From contig NC_057715.1 in assembly GCF_004010195.1 (NCBI RefSeq), positions 12,784,409-12,848,408 of the forward strand: a stretch of DNA of 64,000 nucleotides. Direction: 5' to 3'. Both the position numbers and the translations under genes were made by a program. The stretch comes from Chiloscyllium plagiosum. Its lineage: Eukaryota. The stretch's first letter is position 1, and each line of letters starts with the position of its first letter. Below, piece by piece: positions 25,813-36,859 of the stretch. Below the pieces are notes generated by a model. The model was given only the letters and a program-made list of their open reading frames with translations. It had not been told where the DNA came from and did not search any database.

Positions 25813-27180
25813 ATGGCTCTTTCAGTCGCCAAAAGTTTTCTGGATGTGGATGCAGTGACTTTGGAAATTTCGCAAGAACTGAATATGACTCAGTTGCAAG
25901 AATTAGCAGAGAAGCTAGAATTGGAACTGCCTGCTTCTGTAAGGAGCAGTAGTTCAGCATTTAAACTTGCTGAAGAAACCATCAGAAAGTACAGAGATGG
26001 CAAGAATTTGATCCCAGATGAAGCAGCTTGAGTTAGAGGTGAGAGATAAGGAAAGGGCAGCAGAAATTAAATAGTTTGAGTTACGATTAGAAATAGAAGA
26101 GAGGGAGAAAGAGAGAGCAGCAGAAGAGAGAAAAAGAGAAAGCAGCAAAAGAGAGTGAAAATGAGAGAGCAGAGAAAGAAAAAGAGAGTTTTTGAACTTC
26201 AAAAACTGACACTTGAAAAAGAAAGTCAGCTTAAAAGGCTGGAGATAAAACCTGAGGGTAGGCTTAATGAGGAAGAGAATGAGGATGAGCAAGCCCCTGG
26301 TAGGCAGAAGCCCAGTGAGAAACTGTTTAAGTGTGTTCAAGCATTACGTAGATTTGATGAGAAGGAAGTGGAAGTCTTTCTCATCTCATTTGAAAAGGTG
26401 GCTAAACAAATGCAACGGCCAGTGGCAATATGAGCTTTGTTGATCCAAATTAAACTTGTAGGTAGACCTAATGAGGTATTCGCATCCCTATCAGAGGAGG
26501 TGTCTGGGGAGTATGAGGAAATGAAAAAAAACATTTTATGTGCATATGAGCTTGTACCAGAAGCCTATAGACAATGTTTCAGGAATCTAAGGAGGGACTC
26601 GGGTCAAACATATCTTGAGTTTGAAAGGAACAAACAGAATAATTTCAATAGATGGATAAGAGCTTTAAAAATCAAGCAAACCTATATTGCCCTTAGAGAG
26701 GTAATTATTTTGGAAGGATTCAAAAATTCACTGCCTGAAATAATGCAAATTCATGTGGAAGAGCAGAGAGTTAAACAACAAGGTTAGCAGCTGAAGTGGC
26801 TGATGATTATGAGCTGGTCCATAAAACAGTCCATGAGGGATAGAAATTGGAGGCAAGGAGAAATCCTCATGTGGAAAGGGAAAGGTAGATCTCAGTGAGG
26901 ATCATAAGGATAATTTATCAAAGGGTAAAAAAGAAACCCTTCAGGGGGACAAAGAACTTAAAAAACTCCGGTGTTTTCATTGATTTTGTGTGGCCCACTT
27001 TATTACACAGTGTTGGTGGGCTAGGAGAAAGGTAGATGTAGGAAAACCAGACAAGCCTGGAAGTTTTTTTGGACTAGTAACAAAAAGCACAAGGGACATT
27101 AGACAATTGCCTCAGAGTGTACAAGATGATCAGAGGTTGATTAAGGAGGACGTGCCAGGTCTGCTTAAAAAATATACATG
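25813..27180 (+). pseudogene. gag (coiled-coil region, SCAN-like capsid domain, decayed Zn knuckle)
   Basis: ORF pieces 25813-26031, 26155-26433, 26437-26787; PEAYRQCFR...RWIRA...IILEGFKNSLPEIMQIHVEE; CFH*..HFITQCW near 26970-27015. Confidence 0.88.
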
Positions 27181-27470
27181 AAAAGGTAAAGTTTATTCAC
27201 ATAGGCCAGGAGTAATAGGTAAAGAGGTTACAATATTAAGGGACACAGGATCCTCTCAGTCTGTAATGCTGAAAGATGAGGAGATATGTACTCCTGAGAG
27301 TCTATTGCCAGAGAAGGTACTGGTAACAGGAATTCATGCTGAGTAAAAAAGTGCTCAATTATGTAAAGTGAGGCTAGAGAGTCCAGAGAGGAATGGAGAA
27401 TTTGTGGTAGGGTTATGGACAACTCTCATCTCCAGGAATACAATTTGTCCTTGCATATGATATAACCGAT
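27181..27470 (+). pseudogene. Aspartic protease domain of pol
   Basis: ILRDTGSSQSVML, catalytic DTG at 27242-27250. Confidence 0.88.
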
Positions 27471-27879
27471 TTGCTGGTAGGCGTGCTGCCTACTCTAGTT
27501 GAAATTCCAATGGAGACGCAGGCAACTGAAGACCTGGAGAATGTTTATCCAGGAATTTTCCCTGAATGTGTGATCACAAGATCACAGAGGCACAAGCAGA
27601 AGCAGGAGAGATCAAAAGGCACAGATAAGAAAGCAGACATAGAGTTAGTCGAAACATTCTTTGATCAAATGTGTGTGACAGAACAGGAACAACTAGGTAA
27701 ACATGCAAGTATCTTTTGCTCTGCTAAGCTGATTGAATTACAGCAGAAAGATGAGGAGTTAAACCAGTTTTTTCAAAAGGCATTTACAAAGAAAGAAAGT
27801 GAATGCATTCCTGTGTGTTATTACTTAACAAATAGGTGTCTCAATGAGGAAATGGAGACCGTCACACATTCAAGCAGAT

Positions 27880-29075
27880 GAGAAATGGGCAGAAATTCAT
27901 CAAATGATTTTGCCAGTACAGTAAAGAAAGGAGGTGCTGCGAGTGGTGCATGTGCTACCACTTAGAGGTCATTTAGGGCTGAGGAAAACACAAGCTAAAA
28001 TACAAAGACATTTTTACTGGCTTGGACCACACAAGGATGTAATTGAATTTTGCCAGACGTGTCATACATGTCAGCTAATCGGAAAACCACAGGCAGTAAT
28101 AAAACATGCACCTTTAATATCTATTCCAGCATTTGAGGAACCTTTCACGAGAATCTTGATTGATTGTGTAGGTCCCCTACCTCAAACAAAAAGTGGGAAT
28201 AAGCATTTATTAACAATAATGGATGTGTCGACTAGATTTCCAGAGGCAATCCCATTACGCAACATTACAGCTGAAAGGGTTGTAGAAGAAATACTTAATT
28301 TTTTTACGAGATACAGACTTCCAGTAGAGATTCAGTCAGATCAAGGATCAAACTTCATATCCAAACTATTGAAGGAAGTTATAGACAACTTGGGAATAAA
28401 GCAATTGAAATCTTCTATGTACCATTCGGAATCGCAGGGAGTGCTAAAGAGATGGCATCAAACACTGAAGACCATGTTGAAGGCTTATGGTCAGGATTAT
28501 CCAGAAGCAATTGAAATCTTCTATGTATCATTCGGAATCGCAGGGAGTGCTAAAGAGATGGCATCAAACACTGAAGACCATGTTGAGGGCTTATGGTCAG
28601 GATTATCCAGATGATTGGGATAAGGGAATTCCGTTTGTACTTTATGCGATCAGAGATGCACCGAATGAATTGACCAAATTCAGTCTGTTTGAATTAATTT
28701 TTGGGCATGAAGTAAGGGAACCATTAAAATTAATTAAGGAGAAATTAATAAGTCAGAATTCAGAGACCACCCATTTGGACCCCAAATTTTAGGGAACAAT
28801 TAAATAGAGCTGGAGAGTCGGCTAGACAGCATTTAAACATATCACAGCATACAATGAAATAAGAAGCAAATCAGAAATCACAAATTCACAATTTTGCAAT
28901 TGGAGATAAGGTATTGGTGTTATTTCCAGTCACAGGTGAGCCTTTAAAAGCAAGGTTTAGTGGACCGTATCAAATTGAGAGGAAATTGAGTCAGGTGAAC
29001 AACTTGATAAGGACTCCAGACAGTAAGAAATCTCACAGAGTGTGTCATGTGACTATGCTCAAAAGGTATTTTGAC
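27880..29075 (+). pseudogene. Integrase (HHCC, DDE, GPY/F) located upstream of RT
   Basis: H..GHLG..KT..FYW..CHTCQ; ILIDCVGPLP; IQSDQGSNF; ESQGVLKRWH (E to K); RFSGPYQI..HVTMLKRY. Confidence 0.95.
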
Positions 29076-29308
29076 AGGGACGGAAAGCAAGAGGAGAAGG
29101 TGTTAATGATTACAGCACAGAAGGAAGAACCAAGTTCAGAGGATTCTGAATTGGACATTCCTCAAATCAAATTGGACAATGAGAGAGTTGTCAAAAATTG
29201 GGATAAATTATTGTGTTACCATCACAAGAAAATCGAAATGACCTGAAAGAGTTATTACTATCACATGGGGAGATATGTGGAAATAAACTGTGAATTACTA
29301 ACCTAATT

Positions 29309-30590
29309 GTGCATGATGTCGATATAGGAGATGCTGTTCTGATTAAACAACATCCTTATAGGAATAACCCTCTAAAGTTGGCACAGGTTCAGAAGGAAAT
29401 AGAGCGCATGCTCCAAGATGGCATAATCAAAGTGAGTTACAGTGACTGGAGCTCACCCATAGTCATGGTGCCAAAGTCAGATGGTACCCAACAGTTATAT
29501 GTGGACTATCGCAAAGTCAATGCCATTACAAAGACTGATGCATATCCAATTCCATGGTTGGAGGACTGTGTTGAAAAGGTGGGATAAGCAGCTTACATTT
29601 CTAAGTTGGACTTGCTTAGAGGCTACTGGCCAGTACCTCTGTCAGAGAGAGCGAAGGCAATTTTCGCTTTCGTAACGCCAAATGGACTATATCGGTTCAA
29701 AGTCATGCCATTTGGTATGCAAAACGCTCGAGCCACATTTCAGAGACTGACTAATAAGGTCACTGCCGGATTACCCAATTGTGCAGTGTACATTGATGAC
29801 GTAGTGATTTTTAGTCACTCATGGAAGGAACATTTACAGCATTTATCAGACTTGTGCGATTGATTTTGGAAGGCAGGCTTGGTGGTAAACATAGCTAAAA
29901 GTGAACTTGCCAAAGCCCAAGTCACCTTCCTGGGCCATGTTATTGGATCTGGACAAATGACCCCACGGGATGCAAAAGCGAAAAGTAATTGGGAATTTTC
30001 CTACACCGTTGACGAAAAAAGCAGTACTATGGTTCCTGGGGTTGAGTGGATTTTACTGAAAGTTTGTGCCGAATTTCAGCAGTGTGGCTGCTCCACTCAC
30101 CGAATTGTTAAAAAAGGACAATAAGTTTCAGTGGACAGTGGACTGTCAAAAGGCATTTGACAGCCTTAACACTGTGTTAACCATTGCCCCAGTATTAGCC
30201 ACACTGGATTACACAAAGCCTTTCAAGGTGCCTGTCGATGTCAGTGATGTGGGTGTCAGTGCGGTGCTCAGTGAGGATGATGAGGGACTAGAAAGACCCA
30301 TTGGGTATTTTTCGAGGAAGTTGAACATTCATCAACAGAAATATTCAATGGTGGAGAAAGAGACTTTAAGCTTGGCGTTAGTATTACAATATTTTAGTGT
30401 TTGTATTACCAGCAATGCATCTGAGACAATCGTATACACTGATTACAACCCAATGACATTTGTGGAAAAATTTAAGGACAAAATGCCAGACTGTTTAGAT
30501 GGAGTTTGTTGTTGCAGCCATTCAATTTGACAATTGTGCAGGTGGCAGGTCACGACAATGTAATTGCCGATGTGTTATCGAGACTTGAAT
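29309..30590 (+). pseudogene. Reverse transcriptase and RNase H
   Basis: IKQHPYR, WSSPIVMVPK, VDYRKVN, DLLRGYW, MPFGMQNA, YIDDVVI; RH VDVSDVGVSAVL, YFSRKL, EKETL, YTDYNP, DNVIADVLSRL. Confidence 0.95.
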
Positions 30591-30767
30591 GAGATACAGA
30601 GGCATTTGGCGGTGGTGTGTCATGGACTGAATTTGCATATGGTTGTACATGTTTGCATGTTTAGAGTTAGTATAGTGAATATGTTTGTTCAGACTACGAA
30701 CCGGGGTTTTGAAGGGTTAAAAATGAAGCCATCTTTTGGTATTGATGTTTTTGTTTAATGGAAGAGG

Positions 30768-31413
30768 TGTCACAAAGCTAGTCCCTTTTTTTAAAAAAGC
30801 TGTTCCTTGGCTCAAAGAGGCTTTGTCCTAGATCTTTTCAGAGGGGCAATAAACCGTGCCAGACTCCAATCAGTCTCATTTGGTACAGAGATGAAAAGGA
30901 TTTTGAGAGGCCTTTTGTTTAGGCCAAACAGATGAGACTTCAGGCCAAAATGGTCATGCTTTAAAAGTGACCTGTAGAAAGAGAGGGGAGTGGTTAACTC
31001 TCTAGCTAGCTGAGCTGAGCTGTTTTTAGTTCAGTGTTGAACTAGGAAGTTCAACAGGAGCTGTGTGGAACCTCTCTCTCTTTTCTGCCTTCAACTTCAA
31101 CCTGTAAGCATGTGTTCCATTTATACTGGTTTCTAAAGGGAGTTTGCTTATTGGGACTGTTGTGTATATTCTGAACAGCATAATTAAGTCTAGCTGGGTA
31201 GGTTGAGTTCAGTAGGGGTTCTTTATTCTGTTCTTGGTGTTTCATTGTGTAATTTTGTGAATAAATCTTTTGTCTATTTTAAAATCAAGTAGTCAACCTA
31301 GCTATCCTACTCCAAATAATTTTCACTGTACACTTACCGAAACAAATTGCAAAAGTTAGGTCTAGGGTTGCCTGCTTAAGAATGTTTTGAGTGGTCTGAC
31401 CTACTCCATAACA
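30768..31413 (+). repeat. 3' LTR (646 bp) preceded by PPT ggaagagg (30760-30767)
   Basis: tgtcacaaagcta...ccataaca, roughly 85-90% similar to the 5' LTR by eye. Confidence 0.96.
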
Positions 31414-32239
31414 AGGGAGTTCCAGAATTTTGAGTAAACTATGTGTGGTCAGGATGGCATGTGTCTTGGTGTTGTTATGGAATGTTTGAAAGGTTGCAAT
31501 GAAGAGAAAAGTACGGCCAAAAAATTAGAAAGGATGTTGATGATGGATATATGGAGATGGTGATTCTATGGAAGCTCAGGAAATGTGATTTACCTGGTTG
31601 GAGATGGCTGTTACCTGATGATTATTCAGTGAGGATCTTACTTGGAGTTTATCCAGGTTTTATCGCAAATGGTCACAAGTTGCTTCATTGCCAAAAGAGC
31701 TGTACCTGGAACACAGTTGTGGATGATTACGAACAAGTCAAACTGCTTATTCAAAAATAAAACTTTGTAGATGCTTGAAATCTGAAATCAAAACAGGAAA
31801 CACTGAACAATCTCAACAAGTCAGGCAGCAATTGTGTGAAAAGAAACAGTTAACAATTTAGGCTGATGTTATTTCATGAGAATTGGAAAAATTTCAAGTT
31901 TTAAGCAATTGGAGAGGCCGGGAGAGTGGGAAGGACAGAACAAGAGAGAAGGGTTCTGATAGCAGAAGGCAAGCAGAACATATTAAAGAAGGCAAAAAGG
32001 TCAAAAGTGATGGTGGACCAAAGCAAAGGGAGGGGAGATGTTAGTGAAACAAGAAACAAAATATTTGGTTAAAGGAGGACAAAATGCCAACAGAGATGAG
32101 AGTTTTGAGTTAATTATGGAAAGCCAACACATATTTGAAAAAGACAGATCATGGTTGACTAATTTGTGTGAATTCTTTGATAAAGGAACAGAGGAGCTTG
32201 TTTAGGGAATGGATTTTAAGAAAATATTTAATAAAATGT

Positions 32240-32447
32240 TAAAAATAATACTGTACCAGGTTATGGTCCAACAGGTTTATTTGAAAGTCTAGCTTTCAGA
32301 GCACTGCTCCTTCATCAGGTGGTTGTCTGATAAAGGACCAACTGTGCTCCAAAAGCTAGTGCTTCCAAATAAACCTGCGAGACTATAACCTGGTGTGGTG
32401 TGATTTTTAACTTTGTACACCCCAGTCCAACGCCAGCATCTCCAAAT
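32240..32447. mobile_element. Palindromic PLE-derived element (same family as 10059-10276) with a near-intact hammerhead core on the minus strand
   Basis: Minus 32322-32289: ccacCTGATGAaGGAGCagtGCTCTGAAAgcTAg; second decayed core on the plus strand at about 32327-32362. Confidence 0.85.
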
Positions 32448-32579
32448 TTTGATAAAATTCCATGTTAATGGCTGGTTAACAAAATTTCAGGAAAGTGAGT
32501 GTCTATTCAGATTTTTAAATGACAAGAAATAGCAAGTTATGGTGTCAATTTATGCACTTCGATAGGAAGATTAGAGATG

Positions 32580-33550
32580 TAGACTATTTTGTCTATGGGG
32601 AAAGGTTTCAGAACTCTGAAGCACAAAGGGACTTTGAAGTTTAGTTTAAGATTCTCTTAAGGTTATTATGCAAGTTCAGTTGGCACTTAGGAATGTAAAT
32701 TCAATGTTAAAATTTATTTTAACAATAAAACTGAGCAAACTGACCAGGGCATCATGGTATAAGAGGCTATTGAAGTGAGGCAAGTTAAGAGTAGTATACT
32801 AAGGGATAATGTCATTCAGGGGATTGACACTTCACTGCATAGAGAACAAGAATTAAGTGAACATGTCAATTGCCTTGTGTCAAGGTTAAGGACACCTCTT
32901 CAGGGCTGGAAGGTGTAAAAAAGGTGTTTGGCATGCTTGCCATCATTGCTCAGTAGATTGAGTATAAGAGTTGGGACGTAATGTTGCAGTTGTACAGGAT
33001 GTTGGTGAGACCACTTTTGGAGTACTGCATACAGTTCTGGTCAAACTGCCATTGGAAGGATACTATAAAATTGGAGAGTGTGCCAAAAAGATTTGTAAGG
33101 ATGTTACCGGGACCAGATGACTTGAGTTATGACGAGAGACTGAATAGGCTGGACATTTTTCACTGGAACATAGGAGGTTGAGAGGTGACTTTATAGAGGT
33201 TTATAAAATCATAAGAGGCATGGATAAGGTGAATAGCAAGGGTTTTTTCCCTACGATAGAGGAGGTCAAAACTAGAGGGCATAATTTTAAGGTGAGAGGG
33301 AAAGCTTTAAAAGTGAAGGACAACTTTTTCGCACAGAGGTTGGTTCATATGTGGAATGAATTGTCAGAGTAGGTGGTAGATGCAGATACAGTTATAACAT
33401 TTAAATGATATATGGACAGGTAAATGAATAGAAAAGATTTAGAGAGTTATGGGTGAAAAGCAAGCTGATGGGACTAGATTAATTTGAGAAACTTGGTCAG
33501 CATGGACACGTTGGACCAAATGGTTTGTTTCCAGACTGTATGATTCTATA
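32580..33550 (+). mobile_element. CR1 3' fragments
   Basis: MLQLYRMLVRPLLEYCIQFWS, RGDFIEVYKIIRGMDKV, FFAQRLVHMWNEL; tail ctgtatgattcta. Confidence 0.9.
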
Positions 33551-34099
33551 AAGTGGAGTGGGGGGTGGGGAGGAACGATTTCGTTGCCATGGGTACATGT
33601 TGAGCCTAAGAAAGAGGTATGTTGAAGGTATATGAGCAGCTAGGAAACAAATTAAAAAGCAGTAATCAATAATTATTTTCTTCTTGAACCACAAGCTAAT
33701 TAGGATAAGAAAAATAAGACAAGAGAGTTCAGAGCAAGTCTCAAAGATTTGGTGTTGGAGAAATAGGTTTTGATTCATGGGACACTGGCACCAATACCAA
33801 GGAAAAGATTTGAGATGCCAAGCTTGAGATGCTAGTAATACTGGTGGTGAACTGGGGAGTCTACAACTGTTAAATAATTTGAAGAAGTTTGCAGGGCAAT
33901 CTTGCCAGAGCTAAGATAAAGGCTTAAGATAATCAACCTTTATACAAATCTTTGAAACAGTACTCAGGTCAAATGGTTAACCTTTCAGTCTTTGGCAGCC
34001 ACCAGACTTCAGTTATTCATTTTGGATGCCACCAGACTGGAAGTAAAGTTAAGTTTGGGTTAAAGTATAAGCATCTGTATTTATTGTACTTTTAATATT

Positions 34100-36850
34100 T
34101 TGAATATAACTGACTAACTAGTGGGAAAAATATAGAAGAACAAATTTATAAGGAAATTACCGAGGTGTGTAAAAATGTAGATTAGATATAAATTAGTAAC
34201 TTTAATGTTTCTAATAAAAACATTGAAAGTAGTTGTGTAAAGGACACAGAGAATGCCTACAGGGTGTTCACAGAAATTTCTGCAGCCATATGTTTGCAGT
34301 CCGAAAAGAAAAGAAACATTGTTAGAAACAAAAACAGAAATTGTTGGAAACTTTCAGCAGGTCTGCCAGCATCTGTGGACAGAAATCAGAGTCAACATTT
34401 CAGGTCAAGTGACTCTTCCTCAGAACTCCTCGGGAGCACTGTTAGACTTGGTTCTTAGGATCAAAGTGGGTCAAATGGATCAAGTATCATAGGGGAAATT
34501 TAAGTAGTGACTACTTTTACATTATAACATTTAGTTTGGCCATGGGAAAGGATGAAGAACAATGCAAGGTAAGAATAGTTAACTTGAGAAAAACCAACTT
34601 AAATGTGGTAAGAATGGACCTTGGCCAAAAAAACTGGAATCAAATATTGACAAACAAAGCAATAATTGAACAATGGGTTGCCTTTAACAGGAGATAGTTT
34701 GAGCAAAGTAAAGGTATATTCCCCATGATGGGGAAAGGTGGGTCAAACATATCAAGAGGTCCATTAGTAGTGATTAAAGATTAAGAAAAAAAGTATGCTT
34801 CAAACAGGTGACAGGTGGATAATACAACTAAGAGCCAGACTGAATATGGAAGGTTCAGTGGCATGGTGAGAAAACAAATAAGAGAAATAAAGTACAAAAA
34901 AAGAATGACAGCTAACGTAAAAGGGAGCCCAATGTCCCCTGTAGGCATATAAATAATTTTTAAAAGGGTCAAAAGAAGAGCAGGGCCAATTAGGGAGCAA
35001 ACAGGGATTTACACCTGGGGTCACAGGCTATGGTTGAAACATTAAATAAATACTTTGAATTTATCTTTACCCAGAAAGAATATGTTGTAAAGGTTGTGGC
35101 AAAAATAGAGATAATGCAGACTCTTGAAAGGCTTAAGAGTGAAAAGAAGGAGCAATAAAGTGGGCTGTCTTTATTTAAAGTTGATAAGACACCAGAACAA
35201 GATGACCATGAGACCATGTGACATGTGAGCAGGATTAGGCCATTTGACCCATTGAGTCTGTTCCACCATTTTGATCATGGCTGATATGTTTCGCATCCCC
35301 ATCCTCCTGCCTATCCCCATAACCCTTGATCCCCTTACCAATCAAGAACCTATCTATTCCTGACTTAATATTTTCAATGACTTGTCTCCACACCCCTCTA
35401 CAGCAATGAATTCCACAGATTCACCACCTTCTGCCTGAAAATATTCCTCTTTGTCTCATTTCTAAAATCTCATCCCTTCAACCTGAGGCTGTGCCCTCGA
35501 GTCCTAGTCTCTCCTATTAGTGGAAGCATCCTTTCCATGTCCACTTTATCCAGGCCCCTTAGTATTTCATAAGTTTCAATCAGATCCCCTCTTACTCCAT
35601 CTAAACTGCATCAAGTACAGACCTGGAGTCCTTAACTACTCTTATCCATCTGAACTCCATTGAGGACAGACCCAGATTCTTCAACTGCTCTTCATATAAA
35701 AAGACCTTCATCCTTGGGATAATTCTTGTAAACCTCCTCTGGACTCCCTCCAACACCAGTACATCCTTCTGTGCACATGGAGCCTAAAACATGGTCATAA
35801 TGTTCCAAATGTGGCCCGACCAGAGCCTTATACAGCCTTGACAGCACATTTCTGTTCTTGAATTCTCACCCTCTTTAAATGAATGATAGCATTGCATTTG
35901 CCTTTCCAACTGCCAACTGAACCTGCATGTTAACCTTAGAATCCTGAGATTCCAAGTCCCTTTGGGCTTCAGATTTCTGAAGCCTTTTCCCATTTAGAAA
36001 GTAGTCTATGCCTCAACCAAAATGCATTGTCTCACACTTTCCCACATTGTATTCCATCTGCCACTTCTTTGCCTATTCTCCTAGCCTGCCAAGTGATTCT
36101 GCAGCCTCCCTACTTCCTCAACACTACCCGTCCCTCCACCTGCATTTGTGAGCTGCAAACTTAGCAACAATGCCCTTAGTTCGTTCATCCTGATCTTTAA
36201 TATATATCACGAGTAGTTGTGCTCACAACACAGACTCCTGCAGGATTCCACTAGTCACCAGCTGCCATCCTGAAAATACCCTCTTCATCCCTCCTCCTTG
36301 CCTCCTGCCAGTCAGCCAATCCTCTATCCATGTCATTGCCCCTAACACTATGGCTCATCTTTAGCAGCGTCCTGTGTTCTGGAAATCCAAATAGATCACA
36401 TCCACTGACTCTCCTTTGTCTAACTTGCGCATTACCTCTTCAAACATATTAGCCATGATAAAGTGAGGACTGCAGATGCTGGAGGTCAGATCAGAGTCTG
36501 GTTCAGGAAAAGGACAGCAGGCCAAGCAGTATCCAAGGAGCAGGAGAATCAATGTTTCGGGCATAAGTTCTTCATAAGGAATAGGGTTTGTGGCCCATAA
36601 GCCTCATTCCTGATTAAAGGCTTATGCCCAAAACTTTAATTCTCTTGCTCTTTGGATACTGCCTGACCTGCTGTGCTTTTCTAGCACCACACTCTCTTGC
36701 AGATCAGTCAGGCATGACCTCCATTGGAAGGCACCCAAGGGTACCGAAGGTAGTGAGATTGAGGAGGCCCTGACCATAGTTTTCCACCTTCCTTAGACTG
36801 CATCTGGTGCTGGAGAATTGAAGACATTATACCCTGGTTCCAAAAATGGT
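34100..36850. mobile_element. Nested CR1 cluster: old plus-strand CR1 (about 34100-35207, resuming 36728-36850) split by a minus-strand CR1 (about 35208-36727), each containing a PLE insert (about 34325-34428 and 36462-36695)
   Basis: DKTPEQD at about 35183-35205 continues as HPRV..EIEEAL at about 36733-36775; minus CR1 tail accatgagaccatg at 35206; PLE arms as elsewhere. Confidence 0.8.
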
Positions 36851-36859
36851 CCTTCACCC

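Larger units (their letters stand above)
25062..31413 (+). mobile_element. Full-length degenerate Gypsy LTR retrotransposon, Gmr1-like (gag-PR-IN-RT-RH)
   Basis: Two TG...CA LTRs, TSD aggg (25058-25061 and 31414-31417), PBS, PPT and all pol domains with stops and frameshifts. Confidence 0.97.

Noticed and set aside
27934-28614. 226-aa ORF as a domesticated integrase gene
   Set aside because: Lies within a decayed LTR element, catalytic E is mutated and the C-terminus is a frameshift product of the 106-bp duplication
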